In this document: positions 26,011 to 38,550 of the stretch, piece after piece
Layout: each line of letters begins with the position of its first letter
Numbering within the stretch: the first letter of the stretch is position 1
DNA from: Klebsormidium nitens
Lineage: Eukaryota > Plantae > Klebsormidiophyceae
Length of the DNA: 64,000 bases
NCBI GenBank assembly: GCA_000708835.1
Contig: DF237328.1
Location: 25,647 to 89,646 of the forward strand
Direction: 5' to 3'
Made by a program: the position numbers and the translations under genes
Notes under the pieces: generated by a model
What the model saw: only the letters and a program-made list of their open reading frames with translations
What the model was told of the DNA's origin: nothing
The model's database searches: none

Positions 26011-27480
26011 AGGTTTGCCACGTGTCGCATGTAGGTGAATGAAGTTCGTGCTGGTCAGGAGTAGCGGGAAAACCAAGGCACGAAACCTTGCCCAAATATA
26101 TAACAGATGTCATATTGCCGCAAACGGTCCTCTAGTAATCTATGAAGCTAGATGGTCGTTTGAGCCAAAGCACAACAGCAGTGTCCTGTCACCATTTTTG
26201 ATAAGCGCGTTCGAAACGTGTGGGCGCGCACGTTCAATATGTTCAGGGCCCGCACGTCACCGTATCCATAAAACGACGCGATGCAGGAAAACTCCCAGCA
26301 CTTAAGGAAAAGTGACTGACACCCGCCTTGTGTACCCTGCGTTGAGCTGTTTTGGTCACGCCACTTCCTTCTGGCGCTTTCCTTCCTTAGCTCCTTGTGT
26401 GGTTTCTGAGTCGTTGGAGGCAGTCAAGGGACCTCACAACGGCTCCAACTTCCACGTCGAAACGGCACAGAGGAAGCCAATCAGATTTGCAAACGCCTGT
26501 ATTGCTAACGTTGTGTAGCCGATCGTAGCTGAAGTTAACATAGTTAATCTGCATACAGAATATTAACCTGGGAACAACCTTTCCAAGTACCCTTCGGATC
26601 TTGCATATTGTCCGGAGTCGACAATTCATCATCTACCGTTGCTGGCCGGACTTAGCTACAGCTAAGTCCGGCTTCTACAGCTGTAGAAGCGTTAGTGCGA
26701 TGGCCGACCGTCTAGGAAGCAGCTTCGCTGCACCAGAGAATGATGGTGCGGTAAGTTGCATGGGTTACCACTCTGACGGGCCTGTGCAGAGCAAATGCCG
26801 CAGCACTAAGTTGGCCGCAAAAAGTCAGCATGCGATCGCCTCTTCCACATTTACGTCACTCAGGCTCGTACGGTATCATGCTGTATATGTGCATGCCTCA
26901 GATTGAAGGTTACTTTGGTTCCTAGGATAAGCATCCCTGTTGAATCGGAAGCGCCGAATCTATCAATTCGCGTGAGCGATACAAATATATACCACTGCAC
27001 CGCTAGTGCGTTCGATCTAGAACACTGTTGTAAACCGTCGAATCTGCATCCATTGACTTCTAATCAGCATGAGTGAGCCGATCGAGATTCGGAGGCGGCT
27101 AGCGAGGTCATTAATGCAATCGTTTGGCCTGCCAGAGCATGCCGGCGCATTCTACGATGCAAAGTCCGAATCGCTTGGAGGAGACAATGGGCGAACTGCG
27201 CGACAACAACAATAACAAATGATCAACCTGGTAACTTACTCAGGCACGTCGACCAAACAATATTGTCATAGGTTACATAGTTAGGTTAGTTTATATTACG
27301 CCATAATGTTTCCGGCCGCTGCTCCTAGTTAAACACAAACATAGTTATGCACGAAAGGATCCAATGTCTTAGTATATACCAACTATTACTTACCTAGTCA
27401 AGCCGAACCAATGACACTCAACCCCGGACACACTCAAACCGTTTCTTTCGTACCCCGCCGGATCACCTCTGCAGATTGAA

Positions 27481-30400
27481 CTACGAGACTTGACACAAGC
27501 ACTCCCTTAAGCAGCGGCAGACCGCATCGATTCCGTCTAGACCGTTCACGCTCTCCCATTTTAACCTGTTTCGACACCTGTCAAAAATGCTGTCATACAA
27601 CTCCAGAAACGCGTCCCCACCCCTCGTTGGACTGATGATGTAGTGTATATGGTCCCCACGTATTACGGTGTAGTACCTGCATACGAAACAACGGAGCGTC
27701 AAGACAACAGTGGTTGGTAAAAATAGCTCCTGTCGTTCATGAACGGCACCCCAGGATGCCAACGCGTGCGACCTCAGCAAAGCAATCTCAACACGAAAGC
27801 CAATGCCAGGGGGTCTTCAAAGCTACGGCCAAAAGCACAGGTCACGAAGCAGAGAAAGCCTTGATAAGTCGGAAACACTTGAGCCCCTCTCGAACTTCTT
27901 CGGTTCGCTTTCTGCATCTAGCAAGTAGCCGAGATCGAAACCCCGTGACACGGAAGACCTCACTGTACTTGAGGGCAGCGAGGCGTATCGTCAGTGGGAG
28001 TTTCGGCTCGATGACATCGGCCACCGCGTCGCGTCAGCACAACAAAACTCAAGCTCTGCTTAACTTACAAGCGGAACCGCAACATCCCATGCAAACGCTT
28101 TTCCCGCGCAGCGAAGAGAAAGACGGGGACGTAAGAAAAGGGAAAGAGAGAACAAAATAGATGACGCACCACACCCCCGGTCGCAGAACGAGCCCGTTCC
28201 GAAGCTCCTTCTCCCCCACGTAACAGTGCGCGTGCTCCTCCGGGATCCGCGGGAACATTTGCGAGAAAGTGTTAAGCGCCCCGTCGTTCTCCCACCAATC
28301 CTCGTCCCTGCAGATTCAGATTCGCAAGCTCTAAACGGGGACTCTGGAAGGGTTGTCGCTCCAGAAGCAAGCCTCATTCGACAATGTCACTGCGAGAAGG
28401 TGTTCAAGGCACCGTCGTTCTCCCACCAATCTCCGTCCCTGCAAAATAGATTCGCAAGCTCTAAACGGAAAACTTTGGAGGATAGTCGCTCCAGAAGCAA
28501 ATCATGCTTACTCGACCACGTTTTTGCTGGGAGGCGCTCAGGGCCCCATAGATCCTCGGGACTTGTGAAACTGAAACGTTCAACTCTAAGGCTAGAGGAC
28601 ATATGAGGTGAATCGAGCTTGAATTCAGTCTACACTGCATGAGAGAACGTGATTTTACGAAGTGCAGAATGTGTGCAGAGCTGGTTGACCGTTTGCGCTT
28701 CTTGAGAGTAAAAGAGAGAGTTGGATTCATTTGTGCCGGGGGATCGGAAACGTACCGCATCGAAGAAACTCCAGCGGGCTTCGAAAGGCTGGTATGCTTC
28801 GTGATGATCACGATCCGGCTTGAGAAAGTGCTCACCTGTAACCTTCGTATGGTAGCCGAACGTTCAGGGGGTGCGTCCAGCTCCCGATCTGGAGCACCCT
28901 CCAAACAAACAATGGGTGTACTTGGCTCCCGGCGGGGACGTGGCGGCCAAACACTTCCTGGGTCTGAGCAGTAGCGTAACTGTGGGACAAGAGAAATGAA
29001 TACTTCTCCAGTGAGTTAGGTAGCGTAACTGTGGAGAGAATTGACTACCTTTTCTGAAATATTTGAAGTAAGCTCAAGTTCTAGTGAGAACGAAGCTAAC
29101 ACTGATATATGTAGATCCAACAAAGCACCCCCTCCGCAGCCGTACCCACCCTAACCACAATAATAACCATACCCGTCCCAATACTATAACATAAGCTCAC
29201 TGAGCCATTTCTAGAGAACAATCGAGAATTGACTCCAGGGGCGAAAAGTCGGCAATCTGCGTGCATTGATGTTGCCGAAGAAGCATCTGGAAGCAGATGC
29301 AGGACACGGGCAGCGGTTCCTTTGTCGGAGACAGCCAAGAAGGTCCCTACTTGGGATGCAATGTACCGTCGTCTCGAGTTTAAGGCGGATATTGCGATGG
29401 GACACGTTGCGGATAGCAATTTGTTGCATTCTGACGACTGCAACAGAGAAAGAAGCGCTGATCAAGAAAGAAAAAAGGACAAGGAGTATGACAACTGATG
29501 GTATCGCTTCGACGAAGCCGGCTGACGAATCCTGCACTGGGTTCATAAAGATAATCTTACAGCCGCTACAGGCACTGCTTCTGACGCTCCAAGAAGGCAT
29601 TCAGAGCGATCGCAAACACGCATACCAAAGCAAGCTCCTTTCAACCAGATCATTCCAGTCTGTAACCAATTGCGGAAGGTTCGAGCAAGGTAACGGCTCC
29701 CAACTAATGCACTGGAGATCCCATGAAGAGCACATCCTCATACAAAGGATCCGACACCTTAAATAAAGGGTATCCAAATAAGTGTCCAGCCGCTTCTGCC
29801 ACTAGACGTTGCATCAAAGAGGCAACCTCACCTAAAGTAATAGGTATCCGGGTAAGTAGCCAGTCGGTTGTTTACCGCGCGCCGCTTTGTATGCTCAGGT
29901 CCGGCAGGATTCAATCGGTCCCCGCAAACGGTCTTCAAAGAAAACTGAATGCTCAACACTCCTAATGAAACTAAGGAGAAACTCTCACCCAACATAGAAG
30001 GTATCCGGATAAGTCGCCAGTCGCTTGTTCAACTGCGCGCTGCTCTGTATGCTCAGGTCCGGCAAGATCCAATCGGCCTCGGCAACTGGTCCCCAAAAAG
30101 AAGCAGATTTTCAACCAACGATAAATCCTCACCTAAAATAAAAGGTATCCGAATAAGTCGCCAGTCGCTTATCAACCGCGCGCTGCTCTGTATGCTCAGG
30201 TCCGGCTGAATCCAATCGGTCCCGGCAAACGGTTCCTGAAGAAAACTGAAGCCTGATGAAACCAAGGAGAAGCCCTCACCTAAAATAAAAGGTATCCGGA
30301 TAGGTCGCCAGTCGCTTGTTCAACCGCGCACTGTTCTGTATGCTCAGATCCGGCGAACTCCAATCGGTCCCGGCAAACGGTCCCTAAAATAATTTGAAAG

Positions 30401-33400
30401 GTCAAACCTTCTTACGAAAGTAGAAGGAACCTTCACCTGAAATATCAGGTATTCGGAGAGGTCGCTTATTCAAGAATGCGCTGCTTTGTATGCTCAGGTC
30501 CGGCAGAATCCAACCAGTCCCGGCAAACGATCCCCAGAGAAAACTGCTCATTAAACCAAGGAGAAACCCTCACCTAAAATAAAAGGTATCCGGATACGTC
30601 GCCAGTCGCTTGTTCAGCCGTGCGCTGCTTTGTATGCTCAGATCCGGCAGGATCCAATCGGTCCCAGCAAACGGGCCCCGCCTCCCTAGCAGCGCCTCGA
30701 GGAGCCCCGTGACGCCAGCTTGGTGCCAGCTCAGCTCGAAATGGTCGAACCCGAAATCGTAAAACTTTTTGAGGAAGTCGATGTCAAGCCAGTGGAAGAT
30801 GACGACGCCGATCGCGAGAACGCTCAGCAGGCTGGGGTGGCGCAGCGTGGTGCCGTCGGAGAAACTAGAGCGGGAGAAAGGAGGGATTCTGTGAGATCGT
30901 TATGAGAGGGAAAAAGGTGACGAGCCAGAAGAAGAAAGATACCCATGCGCTGGAGGCTGGGGTGACGCAGCATGTGCCGTCGGAGAAATTAGAGCGGAAG
31001 AAAAAGGGGTTCTATGACATCGTTATGAAAGCAAGAAAGGTGTCGACCCAGTGGGAGATGACGACGCCAATTGCGAGCGCACTCAGCAGGCTGGGGTGGC
31101 GCAGCATGGAGCCGTCCGAGAAACTAGAGCGGAGAAAAACGAGCGCGAGAGATGATTGCAACGAGAAGGATATTTAAAATAAGAACGGCGAGGATGCTGA
31201 GCAGGCTGGAATGTGGCGCCATCCTCGGAGCTAGCACGGACAGAAAGAACGAGTTGTGAGATACATGTAGGGAAACTTAGAGAGGCAACACAAAAATAGA
31301 ATTTCGAGTGGGGGCAAATACTCCTAAATGATGGATTCGGAGCGAAAAAGATAAGGCCAAAGGAGTGCAGACGAAACCTTGCGAGAGCCCATATGACAAC
31401 AGGATGAAATCAAACAGCGCCGTCAGAAAAACCAGGACGAAGTGATCGGTGATGATGGTGACGGGAACCAAACCGAATTTTGAGGGCAAGCATGTTGAGA
31501 AAATAGCAAGATAAGCTGATAGGATGACGGACGGAAGTTGAAGCTTGTCTTTAAACCCGTCCGTGCGAAAATCAAACTGAGGAAAAAAGTCATGAAGCAC
31601 CGTCCAATTTGTGATTTGTGAAAGTTCGTTGACCGCAGGAACTCACGGTCGCCGAATAAAGAGCCGGAAGGAGATCGATGGAACTTGGAAGGAATAGCGC
31701 GAGGAAGGAACATGCAGAAGATAAAAAGCAGGAAAAGGAGAAAAGCAAGAGCAAGTCGTAGAACGAAACGTAGGGGACAGTGAAAGACAAGGTGCGAGCA
31801 CAGAGGGAGGCTTGATCAACTGACAGGCAGAAGCCATTGAGGCACGTAAAAATGCACACAGGTGATAAGAGGCGCTAAAATTATCGGCGCACCTCAACCC
31901 GTCCAGGTACACCCGCGTCGTCCCGTTCAACGACCCGCTCAGTGACGTCACGCTCAGCACCCACTTCGCGTTCGTCTTTGGATGCCCCTCGAATTCGCCC
32001 TCCGCCAGCATCGTGTGCAGTAGCCGGATGGTCTGCGCGCCGGACGAGTGCCCCACGAAATGCACCGGATGGTTCTCGTCCCAATTTGGATAAAACCCGT
32101 CCCAGGTTTTACCGTACCGCTTATGCCCGCAAGCTCGACTGTGCGCTTCTCCGTAGTCAACCGTGCCGCCCTTTATTTGGTAGAAAAGCTCGCAGGCCCT
32201 GCAAAAGGAAACAATCGAGGGTGTCAGAAACTGAATACTTTCGGACCAGTCCGGTTGAAACCCGTCCTAGGTTTTGCCGTAGCGCCGGTGCCCGCAAGCC
32301 CGACTGTGCTCTTTTTCAATAGTCAACCGTACCGCACTTCATCTGGTGGTACAAACGGCAGGCCCTGCAGAGGTCCCTAGGCATGCAGAGTCTACCTTGG
32401 CTGTAATCAAACCGTCCCGCCTCTTAGAAAAGCTCGCAGGCTGTTCAAAAGTTTTGGAAACGTTTGCAGAAGAACGGTTCAGAGTCTTGCCGTACCGGCG
32501 ACGTCCGCAAATAAGGATGTGCATTTCGCCTAGGTCAACCGTCCCACCTCACAACCAGCGAGGAAATCTGTGATCCTTGATTCCTCACTAGTTAATAACA
32601 AAGTTCTTTGAGAACCTGACACGATCTATTCCATGAATGCACACGTTAGGTGGTGTCAAGGCCGCTCACCGGTCGTGCAGACTCGCCAGCGCGCCGACAT
32701 CTGACACCATGACGTTCCTCGCCCGGTGCTCCGCCCCGCCCCAGTAGCTGGTGCCACAAAGCCTCTGCAAACCGAACCCGACACAGTCAGAACCTCCCTG
32801 TGGCCAAAACTACCCCAAGCTAAAAGTGGCGCCCTTGGTCGAATGCAGACCAAGGGGTCATTTTCGCCGTACCTATCCTAGAGATTTGGCTGAGAGCCCC
32901 ACCACTGAATCTTCACCAAAAACGTCACTTTTCCTCCGTCATGTGGACTCTATCCCAGCAACCAATTTCGACCTCAATCCGAATCTAGCTCAACCCATTG
33001 CATGCTTAGGTGCTGCGATGGATCTTGAAGGGGTCCATGAATTCTGGCGGAGAAGTTGGGAGTTGGATATGAAGCAGGTACGACGCCGTCACTTGCACTT
33101 TCAGCCTGCCAACTCAGCAGCTGCCAACCTATTCAACCACCTTTTGCCTGTACAATTCCACCAGTGTTTCACCGTGCTTCTGCAGAATCCATTGAATCCC
33201 CAAATCTTCTAAGACTTCGCCCCATACCAAATTGACGTTCACCCGAAATCCCTGTCCCTACAGCCCTCGCCGGCTTGGCTCAAAATCGATTGTCCGGTCA
33301 TTCTATTTGCAACACCGTCACAACTGCTGCAAAGTCAACCCCGTGAAGGTGATTTGTCAAAGCGCACCTGATTCCCAAACCCAAAGATTCCATGGACCAA

Positions 33401-34782
33401 CACAATGGGCACGTCCTCCGGCCCGTCGAATACCCCGGGCGGGGCCCGGTTCAGCTCGCGCTTCAAACTGGCCGGGGTCTGCTCCGCCTCTGCGATGTAC
33501 CCCGTGAAGGACTTGGCAACAGACCACGCCCCTGCAGAGGATAAGCGATTTTCCAATGACTTTTGAACCACAGTCTGCGTTGTCCCATATGAGATTTCCA
33601 GATTGGGAGTCTGACAACGTTTGCTTTGAAGTAAGAGGCGCTTGGACTAAGGGAGACGGGTGGGGTTGTTAGGGTGGGTTAAGATGCGAAGCGCGTCATC
33701 TTTTGAGTTAGGCTTTTTAGTTCACTTTCTCCAGTGGCTGGTAAATCAAGCGAATGTTGCAGTGTGAAATTGCAAGCACAAGCACAAGCGCTGGCTAAGG
33801 TGAAAATTGCAGGTTGCCGAGTTGAATGACAGCAAACGTAGTCCTAGCCTTCGACGGTTAGTTGCAGAGACGCTGTTGCCATCATTACGCTCACAATCTT
33901 TACCTGCTTGCCTCTGTAAATCTGGTAAGACATGCCCATCTTCAACAATCAATGACGGCATTGCTGAGGTGGATAACATTCCCCACTAATGTGACTGCGT
34001 TGAGAATTAGGGTTCCAGGCTTTGAGGTTCTGCCCACAGATTGCTCCAAGGTTGGATCTATCTATGCTCTGGTTGTTGCGCTTGTCACCCTCAACAAAAC
34101 ATACAATGCAACCTGAAACGAGACAAAACCTAGCCAGCCGGCAGCTCATTTCAGATTAGGAGTCTTTACCCTTAGTCCTTGAGCAGCGAGCTTAGCTTCA
34201 CTGTCACTATATAAATGACAAACAGGCAGTTTGGATTTTGATCCAAGCTGTTCCTTGTTCCCAAGAAACCAGTCCAGGACAACGTTTTGAGCGGTGTCCT
34301 AGGACAGCACGAGACAGTACTTTCTCTACACGCAAACATCCTGATTACCACACTTGTAACGGCAAGAGTAGAAAAGAAAGCATTTCAAACCGAGGCAGGA
34401 TAAAGTCAGGCTGCAAACCTGGAGCAAACTCAGTAGCATCTCATGTCCAAGTTGACAGCTACACCACACTTTTAAAATCATGATAGTTTGGAAGGTTGCA
34501 TAAAGTAGCAGTCACCTCAACATCATGAGAAACTTTGAACAAGGCCCCAAAGATCAGTCACAGAAAAGACTGCTGGTTGGTCATGCGAGATGTAAACTTA
34601 CCCGCAGCACTGCCAACTGCTCCTTCTGTCCTCAGCGTCACGAGCACCTCCCGCGCAACTGCCGACGCAGCGATTGTGAATGCAAACCCCGCGTGCATTG
34701 CTGTGCTCAGCAGGACCTCTAACAACGTAAACCACAGGTAGGCCGCGGTTCGCGCCTTGGTAACTGCCCTCCAGAACCTCAT
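27481..34782 (-). CDS. Alpha/beta-hydrolase, lipase-like (plant family resembling Arabidopsis At1g10740 and bacterial family I.5 lipases), about 504 aa
   Basis: Exons 34782-34602, 33531-33368, 32764-32670, 32198-31893, 30864-30574, 28979-28836, 28307-28170, 27676-27481; all GT-AG and in phase (1515 nt). Motifs: PIVLVHGIFGFG (oxyanion region), HFVGHSSG (nucleophile elbow), SLSGSLNGTT, DWILPDLSI, WWENDGALNT (catalytic Asp), GDHIHY (catalytic His), LYDSIFDRCR. Confidence 0.95.
28340..28510 (-). repeat. Echo copy of the lipase exon 7 acceptor region, plus a partial third copy
   Basis: 28391-28470 matches 28260-28345 (GGAC..TGGTGGGAGAACGACGG.. plus upstream intron). Confidence 0.9.
29330..29610 (+). 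mobile_element. Possible decayed hAT-family transposase fragment in a lipase intron
   Basis: 'KVPTWDAMYRRLEFK' resembles hAT 'DVPTRWNSTYxMLxRxLEFK', followed in another frame by 'IILQPLQALLLTLQ' (~ILEPFxxxTxxLQ). No TIRs found. Confidence 0.25.
29750..30540 (-). repeat. Tandem array of six echo copies of the lipase exon 5 3' half (~105 nt exon plus GT donor)
   Basis: Echo donors at 30435, 30278, 30131, 29987 and 29830, plus a partial one at 29756; live donor 30572. The copies encode variants of GPFAGTDWILPDLSIQSSARLNKRLATYPDTFYF. Confidence 0.95.
30940..31240 (-). repeat. Three echo copies of the lipase exon 5 acceptor
   Basis: ctctag|TTTCTC(C/G)GACGGC.. copies near 30990 (AG lost), 31123 (intact) and 31230 (decayed). 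Confidence 0.85.
32250..32560 (-). repeat. Two to three echo copies of the lipase exon 4 acceptor
   Basis: ctgcag|GGCCTGC.. at 32364 with ~110 nt of exon-like sequence; partial copies at ~32440 and ~32490-32550. Confidence 0.8.
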
Positions 34783-37700
34783 CTTGCCAGACAGATGCCT
34801 TAACGTTCTATGGGTTAGGTGTTCGTCGAATCATTGCTTGATGACATGGTCGGAACTACTGACAAACTGCAGAGCATTGCCAACGGGCTGGGACACCATC
34901 AGTCCCTGATCAGATGGTGCTCATAGCTCCAAGTCACGTCGAAGTGGTGAGGTGAAGATAGGGGCCATAGGGGGCTTCATCATTCATGGTTGACATGATG
35001 AAGAAGCAGAAGAAGATGGGGTCCCGGGGGAGAACTTGAAAGGCCGCGGAGGAGGGAACCGGAAGTTTTGTACACAGTGTCAGTGGTTGTGCAAGTGCCA
35101 AGAAGGGGTTTGCCGCTAACACGTGGCTCCATTTCGAACCCGTTCGGCTGGATGAAAGATTTTGGCAATCAGAACAAACCAATCATACGGCCCGGTGGCC
35201 CTGGCTCTGACAACTGCCGTGCTTTGAGCCAGGAGCTCCCTGCCATCTCGTTGCCGTTGATAAGATATCTTGGACGGTCAGTAGTTCTAGATAGAAACAA
35301 GAACCTTTTCGGAGAGATTGATTAAATCTGGGTTACCTACCTATTGGCAGACATGAGATGGCGGGCTGGTTACCTATGCAAGGTTTCGTGAAATCAGGTT
35401 TACCTAACAGCTTCTCTCGGTACCGGTGTATTGAATACGGTCGTCGGTATGTTTAATTTGAGGTTTATTTCTGTGCGCCGAGGTTTACGGAGTTCAGGGT
35501 CCAGCCTGTGCGAAATCATCGCGAAAACAAGATCCTGAAGTTTGAACATGTCCTCATGAAGAAATCTCACTTAACTATCTAGTTCATAAAACAGCTCACC
35601 AGCCGTCAACTGCCGCTTTCGACCATCGGACTGCTGAACATGAGAGATTGGGCAGGAGAGGTCTAAGTTTCAAAACCGTTGATGCAATCTGTTCAATCTT
35701 ACGGTCTCAGGACTGTCCAATAATTGAAGCAGTACAGACCTCAGTCGCGCTTGGTACGTACCACATGTACTGAAATTTTGCGGCTATGATCTCACTTGCA
35801 TGGTCAGCAAGATCAGTGCGCAGGCGTTTCAGGCTTCAGCTGCAGGGCGCGGTCCGGGTTGGGGGAGCCATATCGGAATTGGCATTTGCATTTCTCCTAG
35901 GCTGAGGAGGGTACGTCTCCACAGAGGTGGTAATAGCATGTTGTTAGGGCGGGGTGAGATATGAGCTGGTCATCAGGAGGTTCAGGGCAACACAGGAGGC
36001 TATCATTTTGCAGGGACTCGGGCGTTGGATCAGAAGGGGTAGTGAGCATGTGCAGTCGAACTCTGATCTCACGCCGGTGCTGAATAATCTGGCAGGGCTA
36101 CCTTCTGAGCGAGCCTGGATCAAAATGTGGGCGAAATCCGAGTGAAGTGGTGCGCTTATGCCACGAGTTTTGATGGTGAGTCCTTCCTTTGGAGATGAGT
36201 CTTGTTTCCTTATAATTTATTTTGGTTGGTCCTTCCGATGCTTTTGCTGTAGTTGCTTGCCAGTCCTCTGGTTTTGTGGTAAATTTCAGCATTGTCCGTT
36301 CTCCCTTGTGTCGGCACCAATGTGGGTTTGCTTGGACAGGGTTTGCGGAGAGGTTTTCCCAGGCGAACTTGAAAGATTGACAGTTGAGAGTCTGCTGAGT
36401 GGCGGTGGCTGAATTACTAATGAAGCTTCCACTTCCTTGGTTCCGTAGGCTGTTCTGAAATAGGTGCGATTGCCAGATTGAACATCTACACGTAATGTTT
36501 TGTTCCTCTGATGTCTAAGTTCCAACTGTTCTGATGGATCTAAGTTGGATGTTATTCTGCATCTACACAATTCATACAATTTATTACATTCATATTCTTT
36601 TTTCATGTTACCTAGACATTGCTCATAGCAACTACATTCTGAGAGGTTTTGTTGTGTCTGATGCTTTGTTTAAGTTGTGCGTGCGCCATCAAGGAAATTT
36701 AGTGCTAAGAGCGCTCGTAGGATGCACAGATTGCATCCGTTGATATCCCAAGTGTACTTCACAACATAGAGCAGCATTGCGTTGTTCCGTAAACTCAAGC
36801 TCGTTGCGTTTGGGAGTACATTCGAAGTTCCTTGTTTGAGTGCTCCTGTAAGTCTTGCAAATCTGCAATATGTGGTTGCAGTTTATATCAAATCTAGTCT
36901 GAGGCAAACAGCAGAACCTACGTCTCCACATCCTTCAAGCTGTGTCTCACCATTACCATCTAGATGATCAGGTCAGTCCAACAAGACATCTGCGCACGTT
37001 TAGCTTATCTGGGCAAATTTGAGGTCCTACCTTGCCTGGACACTCCAACCAGATGTGCACTCAAGTGCGGTCGCTGTCTGCGCTTTGATTAGCTCTTCCA
37101 TATTGGCTTGCTCAATGTTGCCTTGGGGCCTTGGTTTTTGGGGCCTCAGCAACTTTACCTCAAAAGCAAGCTGTTTATCCACTGCTAAATGAGAGGTGCT
37201 TATTATTTGCCAATTCAGAACAGAATTTGCAATATTGTTTGCTTGCTTGTATTGAGTTTAACAAGCAGAAGTATGCGTTTTCAGTTTGTAATACAAGTTT
37301 GCTCAGGATGCCTTGCATGCAGAACAAGCGCTGAAGGGGGCAGTTTGCTTTGAGTCGAAACACATATTCCTGTTTTTCATTTCTTCCTTGAACAGATAAA
37401 AGATTGCGGCTCGCAGCTGTGTCGAGTCTGGCTCTCGTTGACGCAGGTCTCCTTTAACCTGGTTCCTGGATTTTGAAGTGAATTGCAAATAGAAATATTG
37501 GTGATGTATGTTTGCTTGTTGATCTACATAGGCATGTGTCCCGATTGGGTTCCCATAGTTGTCCTGTGGCTTTGTACAAAAGGCACCTCATGTTGAATCA
37601 AGCTGGCCTGCTCAACTTGCTCTTTCAATTTGGAATGCTGGCTGCACTGCTGTTTGCTTCTCGCAAATCAACCCTTGATCAGAAAAGCGAGCAGTTTTTC

Positions 37701-38550
37701 CAAATCCGTGCTATGTCACATCAAAAGCACTGGACTCCTGGATCGGCAGCCTAGTGCTTCTATTTTGCACTTCTTTGTCTCTCGCGGCCTCAGTTCTGCT
37801 GCATTCTGTATCTAAAAGCCCAGGGCCCAATGAGTTTACTCTCCTATCTCTCAATGTGGATGTTGAGACAGATGGACACGCAGGTTTTGCTGCCTGACTC
37901 TCTTCTACGGCTGAGTCTGAGGTGTGCTTTTGGTTGCCGCAGATCTTAGTCTGCTTGGCCATTTTCAAAATATTCCAGCAAATATCTCCTGGGTTGGCAA
38001 AGGAGAACCTGATTGGGCTTGAATGTATGGTACAGCATTCGTCAAGCGTTTGCATGCTTCTTGTTTGTATTTGACCACAGTGTCTGCATCAAACAATCTT
38101 AAGGATTGTTCCTTGATTAATCACAGCCAGCAGACAAGAAGATCAAAGTACCAATTCAAGATGATGTTTCTGTTCACATGACGGGAGGTTTCGACAACCA
38201 AGCTTTGCCGACTGACGAAATGGTCCATTTTGTGTCCAATTTTCAAGTTTTACAGGACAAGGTGGCTGATTCTCCTGGACTGGTTTTGAACAGCCCTTAC
38301 AACTGTGTTTTAATATAGAGTCTAGCCAGTTATATGCATATTGTGACTTGCTAGCGTGCTCACATATTTCTATTGAGATGCCATGCTCTTCATCGACACC
38401 AGATTAGGCCTCATGATCAATGTGCAATCTGCAGCACTTAAGAAGCAGTCGCTTGTTTCTGCAGGTACCGCGCTCTTTAAACGGTCTCTGGAGTAGGTTC
38501 TGGTGCGTATAGCCTCCAAAGCTGCACCAGGGCCCATTCGCACCGGCACA

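Noticed and set aside
27842-28024. Protein-looking ORF MADVIEPKLPLTIRLAALK..
   Set aside because: It lies within the last lipase intron; the lipase is complete without it, and no motif was recognised.
29750-30680. Regularly spaced direct repeats resembling a CRISPR array (also 49620-50085 and 18225-18990)
   Set aside because: The repeats are copies of host exon-intron junctions, the 'spacers' are themselves homologous, there are no cas genes, and the context is eukaryotic introns.
35890-38460. Possible coding exons or uORFs upstream of the zinc-finger gene
   Set aside because: All frames close quickly and the region is T-rich like an intron; it is probably 5'UTR plus intron (acceptor at 38464) but cannot be resolved.
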